Under the pieces are notes generated by a model. That model was not told the DNA's origin. It worked only from the letters and a program-made list of their open reading frames with translations, and ran no database searches. From assembly GCF_021869535.1 (NCBI RefSeq), contig NW_026262637.1, positions 3,348,001 to 3,412,000 on the forward strand: a DNA stretch of 64,000 nucleotides. The letters run 5' to 3'. Both the position numbers and the translations under genes were made by a program. This document shows positions 12,001 to 24,330 of this stretch, in pieces. The stretch comes from Mytilus californianus. Taxonomy: Eukaryota. Numbering within the stretch: the first letter of the stretch is position 1; the number at the start of each line of letters is the position of its first letter.

Positions 12001-15000
12001 TTACCTTTGTAATGTTATGTTTTGGTCATTCCTGTTATCCCATTGTAAGTATCTTAACATAATAATTAAATTTAAAAGGCGTTTATCCTATCTGCAGTCT
12101 AGATTTTATGAGTTTGAAAATGATACCATAGACAATGAAAAGATGCTTGGTAAGAATCAAATTGTTCTGTGGGCAACTGTTTAACTGAAGTAAGTAATGG
12201 TAAAAGTTTGACCTGGCATGCACTTCACGTTACGTTTTGTGGATGTGGTTTTTACCAAACTGTCAGCATTAATTTTTTTTGGGAAACAATCTGACTCTAA
12301 ATTTAAAAGAAAAGGTTGACAAGTAGAGAAGTCAGTTTGTTCTCTGCATGGAGCATATAGCTCCGAGTATAAACAGTTTTCATGGAATTACGTTTCCATG
12401 ATAGAGAGCTGTTGACTTTAAAAGAGGGACGAAATATACCAGAGGGACAGTCAAACTCATAGATCGAAAACAAACTGACAACGCCATGGCCAAAAATAAA
12501 AAGATAAACAGACAAATAATAGCACAGATATCTTTATAGCCCTGAACCAAGGGTTTCAAAAGGTAATGTTGAAGTCGTCACTCCGGAAAATTTACTGACA
12601 CCATCATAACTTTGTTGACCATCATAACTTTGTTGACCGTTATGGAACGGAATATCTGTAATAGATGTCCGTGTATATTTTCTGTTTTTGTAGATATAAT
12701 CCTGTCTTCTTTCCAGCAATTGCAACATCACCAAATGCGACTTATCACCGAATCAACTAATTGTAACTAGAATTAGTAATACAGCGCTGCTCCTAGTGAA
12801 GCAGAATTTGTATACTTTCAGAGCACCTGAATTTATCCCTTGGTTTTTAATTAGGTTCGTGTTGCACAATCTTTAGTTTTATGTTTAGTCTTTTGTGGAC
12901 AATAGTGACTTTTCATCGTTTTCTTTGTGGTCATGGTGTTTGGTGCTTTATTAGACTTTTGCTTTGTACTGTCCTCTTTGTTCTCTCAGCAATTGCAACA
13001 TCACCAAATGCGACCTATCACCGAATCAACTAATTGTCCCTAGAATTAGTAATACAGCGCTGCTCCTAGTGAAGCAGAATTTGTATACTTTCAGAGCACC
13101 TAATTTATCCCTTGGTTTTTAATTAGGTTCGTGTTGAACAATCTTAGTTTTATGTTTAGTCTTTTGTGGACAATAGTGACTTTTCATCGTTTTCTTTGTG
13201 GTCATGGTGTTTGGTGCTTTATTGGACTTTTGCTTTGTACTGTCCTCTTTGTTCTCTTTCTTTTTATGCATATAACTGACCAAAAAATTACAGCTTTTTA
13301 ACTGTACTTTTCTTATCTCTAGTAATTTTTGAGTAACTCGACGTGATACGAAAGAACAAAAAATAGAGGTTGTACATTTTTAATTTCATTGATAAGTAAG
13401 GACATATTGATAGGTTTAGACATTTATTCAACAAACAGATAACGTGTACGTCCCTAGCGAATGAGACAATTAATGATCGAGTTCATCAAGGTGCAGAAAA
13501 CTTTTAACGTGCGCTTTATCATACTTAGAGTAATTTCGAATGTATACATACTGCTATACAAACTGATATACTATTTTCCACTCATCACGAAGCTTATTGA
13601 AACACTGGTGAAGTTTGCATAGCCATACTTCTAATCCTCAGTTTGTTGGTCTTTTTTTCATAAAGCTTTTGAAAGATGGTTACATCTCGGTAGTTAATGC
13701 GTGAAGCTGTAAGATATTGCTTTGCATAAAGAAAGAAATGAGAATTCAGCTGCTACAAAGGTGCAGTGAAAGTATACTTAAGCAAAAGCAAATAGAAAAA
13801 CTTTTGTCAATATTTCCTGTGAAATTATAGTTTTTAAGCAAGAAATAAGGCGAGTTTTTAAGGAGTGTTGACTGATATGTATATCCTCACCACAATACAG
13901 GTATGATACTTGTTTGTACGAGATCCTGAAATCATACTATCAAAAGTAAGTTTTTGCATGTTCAGTGTAATGAATTCAGTATGTGCGATGATAAACTAGA
14001 TATACATGTGGTGTTATGATCTGTTTTAATACTATTGAGGGCAGTCATTTTAAGAAAAATAAGTAACTTTCACATCCCTTACAGTTTTTATCCGTTTTAT
14101 GCCAACGATTTGCAGTCATCCACAGACCAAAAAATCACTGCTACTGGACAATCATTTTTTCTTGCATTAGTAGTATCTTATTTCTTGTTGTTCTAACAAG
14201 TTTATAACATGCAGCACTAAGGTGAATACTAAGTAAATGAAATGTTCATAAAATATCTTTCGTTTTGGCTAGTAAAATTAATTCTACGAGTAATTATTCT
14301 ACATTTATTGTTACTCCTGTGCGTCGTGTATGTTTACAGATTGAGACGCATCTTATAAGCTTTGTCTAATTTTGTTCTTTTTTAGAGTGTACTCAAATAT
14401 ATTTTTAAAAGCATTACACAATATCGTATATCATGTCATTGGTGTACAAAATCTTCATTGAAGTAAACCAGAACGCTCTTATTAATAATTAAATACCTAT
14501 ACAGAGTTATGTCCTTTCAGAACCACAGGTCAGTCTTTTGAAGAAACAACCTGGACAAGTTTCAATGAAATGTGCTTTAAGGCATAAAATAATGACCTGC
14601 GTCAGGTCATAATTTTCCCTGATTAAAATGCAAACTACAGATTACTAAAACATTTAATCCCGTGTTGTTGCCAATTTTATTGTACAATTTTCTATCCTTA
14701 ACACTTTTTAAAAACATTTAGGCAGAAATAATTCTTTCCTCTGTGTATTAGGCTGAAATAAATACCCTTTACTCTATTAAATGACACAATATTTATATTT
14801 TCTACAGCCACATTCTTTCAAAGGGAGGGAGGTATAATATTCCATCCTGATTCTCAATTTCTTAGGAAAAAAATGTATTGCCAGACAAAATAAAAAGAAA
14901 ACAATTCTGAAAAATTCGCTAAAAATTGTTGAAAAAATAATCTGCTTTTCTGCGATAAAAATGTCACGGAACAAAAGAAAAATTCAGCACCCCTTTTATA

Positions 15001-18000
15001 TAGATTATATGATAAATTACTGACAAAGAGACGTGTATTTTTCGTACATCTTAACAATTCAGTTGCTTCTTGCTTTCCTGCTTCATGCAATTACTAAACC
15101 ATTTATATTGTAACTGGACAGTGATTTCTAACGTTTATACATGTATCTAGATTAATTAGTGAGTTTTATTTCACATTAGAAATGAGCCAAAGGGGGTTGT
15201 TTTACCCATACGTTTAAGAAAATAATATCCCACTTTAATGTGATCGGTAAAATAGGATACAATTCCTAGTACTCTTTGCAAAAATTATATTTTTTGACGG
15301 TATAGCGGTCAGATATTGCATATTTTAAGGTGTTTCTTGTTGTAAAACACACCTTCTAGTGTCAGGATTGCCTAAGGAAAGACCTCCCTACGGTCGATCT
15401 TTCATTTGTCACTCGTGACACCCCTTGGTGTATATTACGACAAGAAACACCTTAAAGTATGCATTATCTATAACATAATCAGATTATCACACGTATTATG
15501 TGTCGGCTTTTCAGCAACTGCGAAAATGCTTAGTTATGATTTTAGTAGTATTTTACTTGTGCCTGTAATTTTGGTCTGCCCTTATATCAGTTTGTTATAA
15601 TCACGTGACATTCTGAGCTAATTTCTATTTCAATCTCAGTGAATGCATGTATTTACTGCATTATGTTTTAAGTTTGGCCTACGTAAATTAAGACGACAGT
15701 AGTGTACAGATGTTCAAATCTCGTGTATCGAGTTAGAAAAGACAAATCAAGGTAAAATACAAAAACTAAAGGAAACATAGGTAGATTGTCGCAAATTATG
15801 TTTACATGGCGACGAGAAGCGTCAATTTAAGACATCTGTAAACAAATCTCATTAATCGATTATTCCGTGGGATAATTGTTCTTGTCTTATACGCTTCCGA
15901 TGTCAAACTAAACACTGGCTATTAATAGGCTTCAGAAAGAAAATAAATTACAAAATAGGAGATGTTAATATAGATCAATTAAACACTCAAAAGTTACCGA
16001 CCGGGTTAACCGTGGAATTTTATCCCCTCAAAATATATGATGATTTCCAACCAAATCGTGATAACTTCTAAATTTGATCAGATCTTGGTGTAACATTGTC
16101 AGTACATTTATTCATCGCTCGTCTACATTCCGGGCTATTCAGAGTTTGATATTTGTCTATTGTTACAGAAAGTATGCTCACTTTTCGATGTGTATGTGTT
16201 TTCTTTGTTGTAGTTGGGGGAAGGAGGGTATAATAGTTTTTAAACCGTCTTTCAGTCAATAAGTCCGTCAGTCAGTCATTTTCGTTTCCAAATGCTTATA
16301 TTTCATATCGGCTTGAAACCTTACATAGATATATGGTCACATGTAATGAGAGGACAATCCTTATTGTTATTGATTGTACGCTCACCACATCAACGGTCAA
16401 GGTCATAGCTACTAAAAATTGGCCAAAATGTGCCACTAAAAATGGTTTCCGGACCAAACATGTCCAAAAAGTGGTCCCCAGATACTAAATCAAAAACTAC
16501 AAAAGGGACTACAACATCACTGAATATATATAGTCACATATGATGGATCAGCGGGTGATCCCCATTGAGTTTGAAGTCACTGTGTCTAAGGTCAAAGTAA
16601 AATTTACTTACGACTAAAAGTTGTACAGAAAAGTGGTAGAGAAAGATCCCTATTGATTTTAAAGTCACTTGATCTAAGTTCAAGGGCACACTTACTATTA
16701 CAGGATTTGCTTATCCTTCCGGAGCACCTGAGATCACCCCCAGTTTTTGGTGGGTTTCGTGTTGCTAAGTCTTTAGTTTTCTATGCTGTGTCATCTGTAC
16801 TATTATTTGTCTGTTTGTCTTTTTATTTTTGGCCATGGCGTTGTCAGTTTGTTTTCGATCTATGAGTTTGACTGTCCCTCTGGTATCGTTCGTCCCTTCT
16901 TTACTAAGAATAGATTTCCGGAAGACTCAATTACTGTCTGAAATCATAATTTATATGGAGCGAGGGGTATTTGGGCTTACTCACTAAATTTCCCTTTGAT
17001 TTGGAGATGTTTACGTATTTTCAATTATCTCTTTTTATTCATGAAAAAATATTGATGATGAAATTTTGAAGAAGATTTTAAAAGTTACCTTTTATAAATT
17101 CTTTTAGAAAATAATTCATTCTTTATTTGATTTTTTATTGAGATCACTCAAGTATCTGCTCTGAACTTATAACGAAAAATGTAGGTCACGTAATGCATTT
17201 GTGTGATTCAACTTCTTCTTGCATAGCCTATTTTAAAAGTTATTTTTAAATATGTGTTAAAGAACAATGGTGGTTATGAGATTGTGTTTACAAAGACTCA
17301 CCTGTACTTGGTGCAACTCGCCCACCACCAAGATCCACACGTTGTCTTATAACTAGACTGATATGATTCTGTCCTATACGATGTGTTGCAGTTTCTATTA
17401 TATGGAAGAAAATATATGTGTTAATAAACAACACTCAAAATACATCCTCATAGATTTATGACAAACAAACAATGGTACTTTAAATGTAGTAAATTTAATA
17501 GGCAGGTAAAGGGCATAAGAAAAAAAACGAGGACGTTCAGATCCTCTTTAGATATATAAAGCTGTCATATTCCCCGGTATTGTCAGAATTATACATCTGA
17601 AAGTGTCTATTAACATTCAACTTTTTTATACCATCGACTTTCAAATTAATTTGTATTTGTTCTTTTTTTTAAATGCATTTGCTCTTTGGACAAAACTCCA
17701 TCCTCCAAAAGCAAAAAAAAAATCTTGAAAACCATAACTGTTAGACACATGTGTCCTTGATAAAGTTTGTTTAAACACATTTCCACAGAAACGATTTGTT
17801 TAATGATAATAGTTTCATCGTGATTCGTAGTAGTTCTGTTGCTACTTTTAAGTTCATCCGCGGTTCGTTGTGGTGTTCGTGTTGCTTAATCTAAACTTTT
17901 CTGTGAAGTGCTTTGTGGCTGAGAAGAAATTTGATGAACCAGGATTATGTCAAAGAGCGTATCGTCCTTTTTTAAAGTTATTTGGCAGATACCAAGATCT

Positions 18001-18888
18001 TGTTAATAAATATTCCGCATCAACTTCACAAATACTACATGATGGTCTTGAAGTATAGATTCTATATCCTGACGTTGTTTATCATCTTAATTACGTGTTA
18101 TAGTGAACTATTTGTTTATTTTGGTATATTTTCAATCTTTACTGTTTAGTCCATTTTTAGTAATATTATTTTAGCGTGGCTCAGTATTTATACATCCGGC
18201 CATTGTGTGATATTGCTATGGAAATTTTTTGTATTCTTGTCTTTTTTGTCTTTTATTTTTGCTAATGTGCTTTGTCTACAAGCCATTATGTTTTTCTTTT
18301 TTGACATAGTTGTTTGTTTTTATATATTGATTAAGATTATAACACAATGTTGACTGCTTTTTGTTGACATTTTTACCTATTGTGTTTGTTTGCTAACACA
18401 ACACATTGTCGTCAATATAATGGAATACAAGTGAGAGGTTTAGCTAGCTATAAAACCAGGTTTAATCATCCATTTTCTACATAAGGAAATGCCTGTACCA
18501 AGTCAGTTATATGACAGTTGTTTTCCATTCGCTCGATGTGTTTGAGCTTTTGATTTTGCCATTTGTTAAGGGACGTTCCGTTTTGAATTTTCCTTGGAGT
18601 TATGTATTTTTATTTTTGTTTACTTTTGAATGCTGTTTATTCTTATGATGTCAGATTGTCCCCATGGTATCTTTTTTCTCTATCTATATAGCTTCATCTT
18701 GATTTCCCCACAAATATTCTTCACAAAACGTATTTTATTTTGGTAGCAATTTTTATCATCAAAAGATTAACTTTCATACAAAATAATGAATATAAAACAA
18801 TTATTTTACTAGTAGCAAGTGCTTGAACTTACCCATTTGCGTACAAAATAAACATAGGTAGCAGACACAAAATGGAAAATGGTCTCAT
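5894..18888 (-). CDS. Spliced gene: secreted TSP1-repeat protein, 7 coding exons (18888-18833, 17394-17302, 13925-13891, 11220-11029, 9003-8812, 7837-7646, 6069-5894), 311 aa
   Basis: All introns are AG/GT and phases chain 2-2-1-1-1-1. Exon lengths sum to 936 nt = 311 codons + TAA. Product: [19 protein letters not shown] / [31 protein letters not shown] / [11 protein letters not shown] / three full TSP1 repeats + a 4th truncated at ...RACK*. TSP1 hallmarks WSSW, CSxTCxxG, RxRxCxNPxP, GGKxC are present. Confidence 0.85.
6500..6580 (+). mobile_element. Tiny Penelope-like RT fragment
   Basis: ORF 6482..6673 contains [12 protein letters not shown], matching [14 protein letters not shown] of the RT at 951..1415; it breaks off at the YxDD motif. 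Confidence 0.5.
7646..7837 (-). CDS. TSP1 repeat 3 exon (192 nt, phase 1-1)
   Basis: tag|ATGGAGGTTGG...ATAG|gtacat; [64 protein letters not shown]. Confidence 0.92.
8812..9003 (-). CDS. TSP1 repeat 2 exon (192 nt, phase 1-1)
   Basis: cag|ATGGAAGTTGG...ACAG|gtacat; [64 protein letters not shown]. Confidence 0.92.
9633..10496 (+). mobile_element. Helentron-associated non-autonomous element (HINE/pearl-like)
   Basis: Starts ttttgtcgagcc...gctcgac (subterminal inverted repeat), has a (GGC)n tract and internal tandem repeats, ends ...gcactcttgtt. It is absent from the paralogous intron at 8151-8190, which shows a T-run empty site. Confidence 0.75.
11029..11220 (-). CDS. TSP1 repeat 1 exon (192 nt, phase 1-1)
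   Basis: cag|ATGGGGGTTGG...ATAG|gtaaat; [64 protein letters not shown]. Confidence 0.92.
12420..12535 (-). mobile_element. Penelope-like family 2 3'-end fragment
   Basis: Near-identical to 60212-60320. Confidence 0.8.
12535..13260 (+). mobile_element. Diverged Penelope-like family 2 RT C-terminus and 3' region with a 273-bp tandem duplication (12714-12986, 12987-13257)
   Basis: [16 protein letters not shown] relic resembles NQEFQMVKLKSPLRKF; the two 273-bp units are near-identical. Confidence 0.7.
13891..13925 (-). CDS. TSP1 gene 35-nt micro-exon (phase 2-1), (R)[11 protein letters not shown]
   Basis: atttcag acceptor, G|gtgagg donor; the only candidate found that bridges the phase-2 upstream exon to the phase-1 TSP1 exons and supplies the 4th Cys. 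Confidence 0.7.
15311..15469. mobile_element. MITE-like inverted-repeat element
   Basis: Arms agatattgcatattttaaggtgtttcttgttgtaaaacacacc / ggtgtatattacgacaagaaacaccttaaagtatgcattatct are ~45-bp reverse complements with few mismatches. Confidence 0.75.
16700..16900 (+). mobile_element. Penelope-like family 2 3'-end fragment
   Basis: Same sequence and same 3' terminus as 60212-60420. Confidence 0.8.
17302..17394 (-). CDS. TSP1 gene 93-nt exon (phase 2-2), [30 protein letters not shown]
   Basis: tag acceptor, CAG|gtgagt donor, open in the phase required by both flanking exons. Confidence 0.8.
17920..18620 (+). mobile_element. Penelope-like family 1, RT C-terminus and 3' region
   Basis: ...[25 protein letters not shown] then 3' sequence shared with 1-325 and 20040-20630. 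Confidence 0.8.
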
Positions 18889-18920
18889 CGTTTTCTCTGG
18901 AACGTTATCAACAGTGATGA
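18833..18920 (-). CDS. TSP1 gene exon with start codon (ATG 18888-18886) and signal peptide; 32 nt of probable 5' UTR
   Basis: ttttctcatctag acceptor at 18921; encodes hydrophobic [19 protein letters not shown]; donor GG|gtaagt, phase 2. Confidence 0.8.
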
Positions 18921-19527
18921 CTAGATGAGAAAATAGTTATAACTGTTTAAATTATATTTTTATTACATCCGTGTCTCATAAATTCATAATTTTCGAGTAT
19001 GTACTACATGCATTTCTTTTATCGAATAAAATTGCTTTTTAAAAAAGTGGATCATACAAGGATTTATAACAATATCGTATATACAATTAGATGGTTGGAA
19101 ATGCAGTGCATCGGCTTCATTGAGAAAAAAAGTACATCAAAACTACCGAACTCCTAGGTAAATTTAAAAAGGGGAAGTCTATAAAAACTGACAAAATCAA
19201 ACGTTATCAACCAACGGAACGAGTTAACCACAACTATCATATTCCTGACCTGGAACATGTATTTTCATAAGAACATGGTGGGTTAAACCTGGCTCTATAG
19301 CTAGCTAAACCTCTCGATTGTATACAGTTGTTTATAGTTCCGTTATATTGATAAAATTTGGTGAGCAACCCAAACAGACACAATGTGACAATAATTGGGA
19401 TCCAACAGCCAAAACTGTGTAAACATACATACATCACAGGCATAAAACACTGCTGACTAACAATATTCAAGCAAACATACAAATATATATAACAAAGACG
19501 CTAACGAAGAAGTTTTGTAGTTGATTA

Positions 19528-19665
19528 TATAAATAACACATTGCAGAGGTTGATAGAGCAGATTGATACCCTGGAGAAAACATTGCCAACCGAGTCAGAG
19601 CCAAGGTTGATAATGTGTTTTCGAGGGGTACCAATCTATTGCCCTCTCAGCTATGTGTTATTTAA
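19528..19665. mobile_element. MITE-like foldback element
   Basis: aaataacacattgcagag...gataccctggagaaaaca and tgttttcgaggggtacc...ctcagctatgtgttattt are imperfect inverted repeats. Confidence 0.6.
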
Positions 19666-19679
19666 TTTATAATACTGTA

Positions 19680-20630
19680 TGTTCTTCCTCCGCCTCATTT
19701 TAGACCTCGAATTTGACATCAGCGGTCATCTCAGTACCAGAATCTATGACAAATGAGACGATTTTAATTTTGAAATTATCAATTTCCCCCACCTTTGAAG
19801 CAATAAACCAACTTCACCTGCATATGGGATATTCATTTCCCAACTCATTCGGTATTTAAGAGCTTGCAGCTGCTACTCAGACTTTGTAAAACGTCACCAG
19901 TGTCTGCGCAAAATGTTGATGAACCAGGGTTATGTCAAAGAACGTCTCGTCCTTTGCCTAAAAAAATTCATCGGAAGATACCAAGACCTTGTTGATAAAT
20001 ATTCCGTATCAACTTCACAAATAATACATGATGATCTTGATGTATAGATTCTAGGTACTGACGTTGTTTATCAGCTTAATAACGTGTTATAGTGTTCTTT
20101 TATTGTTTTTGTAAATAATTAACGTTTACTGTTTGGTCCAATTTTGGTAATATCCTTTAGACGTGGCTCAGTACTTGTACATCCCGCCATTGTGTTGTTG
20201 TGCTGTTGTCATGTTCTGTATTCTTGTGTTTCAGTGTTGCGTATGTGCTTTGTCTATATGTCATTTTGTTTTTCTTTGTTGACATATTTGTTTGTTTTTA
20301 TAGTGATTGAGATTATAACACAATGTTGACTGCTGTACCCCTAATTTTGACATTTTTACCTATAATTTTTGTTTGTTTTGTTCACACATTGTTGTCAATA
20401 TAATTGGTGGAATTGTATACGACTGTCATACAAGTGAGAGGTTTAGCTAGCTTTAAAACCAGGTTTAATCCACCATTTTCGACATAAGAAAATGCCTGTA
20501 CCAAGTCAGGAATATGACAGTTGTTTTCCATTCGTTTGATGTGTTTGAGCTTTTGATTTTTCCAATTGTTAAAGGACTTTTCGTTTTGAATTTTCCTTGG
20601 AGTTCGGTATTTTTTGTTGTTTTACTTTTT
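19680..20630 (+). mobile_element. Penelope-like family 1, 5'-truncated copy with stop-disrupted RT C-terminus
   Basis: DISGHLSTRIYDK*DDFNFEIINFPHL*...QLIRYLRACSCYSDFVKRHQ...FIGRYQDLVDKYSVSTSQIIHDDLDV*. Confidence 0.85.
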
Positions 20631-21321
20631 CTATCATCATCGTCTCTTAAATGTTAAATTGAAAATACTTAACTATGACTACATGTACATTACAAAGTTA
20701 CAGTTATTAGAAAGGCAACAAAAGTGAAGCAACATGTATTTTTGAGACCAAAATGTAGAACTATCATTGTCTTAAAAATATTGATACAAATTCACATCAT
20801 TGTCCTTTAAATCATCGATTTTTTTATTGGTCTGCAAGAGTGGGTGACATTCAAAAATTGTCTCACGCTGAGCCATAGGATAGAGTAAATTATCTCCCTG
20901 GTATTAGCCAATCAAAATCTGACATTTTAACATATAGTATAATAAAGTTAATTGACGAAGACGTCGATAATAAATATCTTTGTAGTTGACATTACATACC
21001 GTATATACAAGTATACACTTTCTCGGTAAAATACAAATTAAGTAAAATATAAATATAAGGGTAAATAAAATGGAACAATACTGTAAAAATCTTGTGAGTC
21101 CGAATTGCACCTCAGCCCCCACCTTCACCAGGAACTCCCAAAGTCCAAAACCCGAATGATTATTCATTTATGGTGTATATTGTCTCTACTCTTAGAAAAC
21201 GATAAGCTCGTAGCAGATATCTAAAATGTAAAAATAACATAACAGGAAAAAAGCTAACTACTAAAAGTGCTATCAATTTTAATAAAAATTGCAGTTTTAG
21301 AAACACGTCATAATATTGTAA

Positions 21322-21692
21322 AAGAGGGACGAGATACCAGAGGGACAGTCAAACGCATAGATCGAAAACAAACTGACAACGCCATGGCCAAAAATAAAAA
21401 GACAAACAGACAAATAATAGTATAGATGACACAACATAGAAAACTAAAGACTAAGCAACACGAACCCCACCAAAAACTGGGGGTGATCTCAGGTGCTCCG
21501 GAAGGGTAAGCAGATCCTGCTCCACATGTGGCACCCGTCATGTTGCTCATGTTATGACAAATCCGGTAAATAGTCTAATTCGGTAGGTCACATTCGTGAA
21601 AAGGGAAGGGTATTGTAGTTACGACATAAGGAACATATCCGATATCATCTGTGAAACGGTTATTCCATAACGGTCAACCAACTCGTGATGGT
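21322..21692 (-). mobile_element. Penelope-like family 2, 5'-truncated copy
   Basis: Near-identical to 60212-60580. Confidence 0.85.
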
Positions 21693-22084
21693 AAGAGTAT
21701 TGAGAATTTACAAATATAAGGTTAAAAAGAAATGGTGTAAATGACATTAGTGGGAAATACATTCTTATGACGTTTATCCTACATCTTCCTTACTTTCTAT
21801 GTAAGACATGTTTGCAAACATTCTCCTTGCTTAAATTGTCATGTGGATTCAACAAACACTCAAGTTGCAAGACATGTTTATTGCATTTATATATTAATAA
21901 ATATTGAAAACACTCGCAATATAAAAATAAGATGATGTGGTATAATTACCAACGAGACAACTCTCCACAAGAGACCAAATGACACAGAAATTAACAACTA
22001 TAGCTCACCGTACGGCAAGCACATCGTTGAAGTCATGTCATTTCGGAACAATTGTCGCAGATCTTAGAGTTTTATATTCAACTA

Positions 22085-22295
22085 CGTAAATAGTTACATG
22101 TATCAAAGGTACCAGGATTATAATTTAATACGCCAGACGCGAGTTTCGTCTACATTAGACTTATCAGTGACGCTCAGATTAAAATAGTTATAAAGCCAAA
22201 CAAGTACAAAGTTGAAGAACATTGAGGACCCAAAATTCCAAAATTCCAAAAAGTTGTGCCAAATACGGCTAAGATAATCTATTCCTGTGATAAAC
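22085..22295 (-). mobile_element. Retrozyme-like family A fragment with hammerhead motif at 22131-22172
   Basis: cgtca CTGATAA GTC-taatgta-GAC GAAA C-tcgc-GTC tggcg; G8 position is A. Confidence 0.75.
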
Positions 22296-22559
22296 GAAAC
22301 AGTAGAATGAGGCTCCCTTTTAGCCCCTTAAATTTGAAAATAAAATTTAAAAAGAACTTAAAAAATGCCAAATAACATTCTTCAAATGTTCATATGTTAT
22401 TTTCTTGATTATTTGTTTTAGAACTTCAAACTTCAAGGAAATGTAAATTTCCCCCAAAGTATCGTTTTGAGATCTTATCATTAGTATAATGATATCATCA
22501 ACAATCTAACTAAAATACATGTTTTAATGTATGATATCTTATACAAAGATAATACAATC

Positions 22560-22896
22560 AAAAAATGAAAACAACACGTTATAAATTTGATGCGTCCGAA
22601 GCGCTTTTCTGGCTTGACCTTCATCAGGAACGCTCAAAGCCGAATATTTGAAAGTCAAGGATGTATAAAGACCGAAAACGTTGCAGAGCATAAACCAAAA
22701 AGGATCTAAAAATAGCCAAATCCATCTAAGGCCAACTTTGCTTGAGGGAGTTGAAACCTTAGTTTCAGTATAATTTCAAAATGTATAAACCGTCAAATTT
22801 AGATAGTTTGTTATAAATCATGTCAGTACCGGAGTACTGACTACTGAGCTGATGATACCCTCGGGGACTGATAGTCCACCAGCAGAGGTATCGACT
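22560..22896 (-). mobile_element. Complete ~337-nt retrozyme-like family B monomer
   Basis: Covers one full period of the tandem unit seen at 62880-63500; contains several hairpins and a hammerhead. Confidence 0.75.
22592..22633 (-). ncRNA. Minimal type I hammerhead ribozyme, family B, core intact
   Basis: gcgttc CTGATGA A-GG-tcaag-CC-A GAAA A-gcgc-T TC ggacgc: 6-bp helix I, palindromic AGCGCT helix III, UUC cleavage triplet. Confidence 0.75.
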
Positions 22897-23755
22897 AATC
22901 AAGTGAGTCGTATATTATTGTATAATGTCAATGATAAATAATTAAGTCAGATATATATGTGGGTATGTTTAGTGCAAAAATATCTGCCGTGACGTACATG
23001 TGATGTCTTTAATATGTCAAAAGTGATATATTTAACATACAATGTTTTTTTTATATAAATAGCTATAGGTTATCATTGACAGTATATAATAATATATTTT
23101 TGAAAGGACTGAAGAATTTACTTTCTCTGCAAGTCTATTGTGACCAAATAATAGCGATGTGTTCAAAGTTTAGGAAGATGGGAAGCAAACTGTTAATTCT
23201 ATCACGTCTTCAAGTTGTTTTCTCGATTATAGGAGTATGGTTCCATCGTCATTGAGGTTAACAGGGTTAATCTTCGTTTTCTGTAATATATTATAACAAT
23301 ATGATGCTAAACACATGTTCTTTCAACTATATTCTATTCAAAAACGCCAGCGATTTAAATACTTTCACTTGAAATAAGATTCTTTTTAAAAACGTGTGAT
23401 TTGTGTCCGCCAAAACTATTTGTTTCGACGAAGGCCATACTAAATTTGAGACATAGTTGCTATAAGTATGAGTAAATTTAAAGGCTCAGTTGGGTATACG
23501 TTAATGAGACAGCAACAAAACAACAAATAACTAGAAGACATTTGGAGGATATCATGGAGTTTTCAACAACATACAGGTAGTCCATACAATATGTCAAGCT
23601 GTAAATCATAATCTGTCTATATAAAAATTGTTATCTGATTTAAAACCCAATAATCAAAATAGCAAGAATCGACATACGGCAGCTATACTGCCGAGGTCTT
23701 TTTTTTATCTGTCTTGCAGTCCTAATTGAGGAATTCTTTTGTAAGTGGGAGCGAA

Positions 23756-24330
23756 TATAAAAATAAGGAGATGAGGTATGATTGCCAATGAGACAACTAT
23801 CCACCAAAGTTCAAATAAAGTGGATGTAAGCAATTATAGGCAACCGTGCGGTCTTCAACAATGAGAAAAACCCATACCGTATAGTCCGCTATAAAAGGCC
23901 CCGACATGAAAAATATGAAACAATTCAATTGCGAAAACTAACGGCCTAATTTATAACAAAACAATTTACGAAAACCAAATATGACATACATAAACCAACG
24001 ACAACAACTGAACTACAGGCTCCTCCTGACTTGGGACAGGCACATACAGAATGTGGCGGGGTAAAACATGTTTGTGAGCACTCAACCCTCCCCTAACCAG
24101 GGACAGTGGTGTAACCGCACAACATAAGAACAAACTATAAAAATCAGTTGAAAAAGGCTTAAATCATTAGATCGATACAAAGCAGAAAAAAACATCAAAC
24201 ATAAACACAGACTGGACGTGGCAGGGTATTTATCCATCCTTCATTCATTACAACATAAGGACACTAAATACAGATCTGAGAGTACTCGCAGTTACTGACA
24301 GCTAGTTCGAAGCCTATAACATTTAATATA
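23756..24330 (-). repeat. Long family D repeat, interrupted at 24331 by a HINE; flanking sequence may resume at ~25380
   Basis: Reverse complement of 49880-50600 and 2275-2420 sequences. Confidence 0.75.

Noticed and set aside
15325-15455. Kolobok/piggyBac element with TTAA target duplication
   Set aside because: The inverted repeat extends about 14 bp beyond both TTAA motifs, so they are internal.
17302-17394. Phase 1-1 reading of this exon ([10 protein letters not shown]...)
   Set aside because: Also open, but incompatible with the phase-2 signal-peptide exon; the phase 2-2 frame gives a coherent Cys/Trp module.
22820-22895. CTGATGA-containing plus-strand stem as a hammerhead or SECIS (also at 4180-4230)
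   Set aside because: No downstream GAAA or cleavage triplet and no apical AA motif; it is the antisense of a retrozyme stem.
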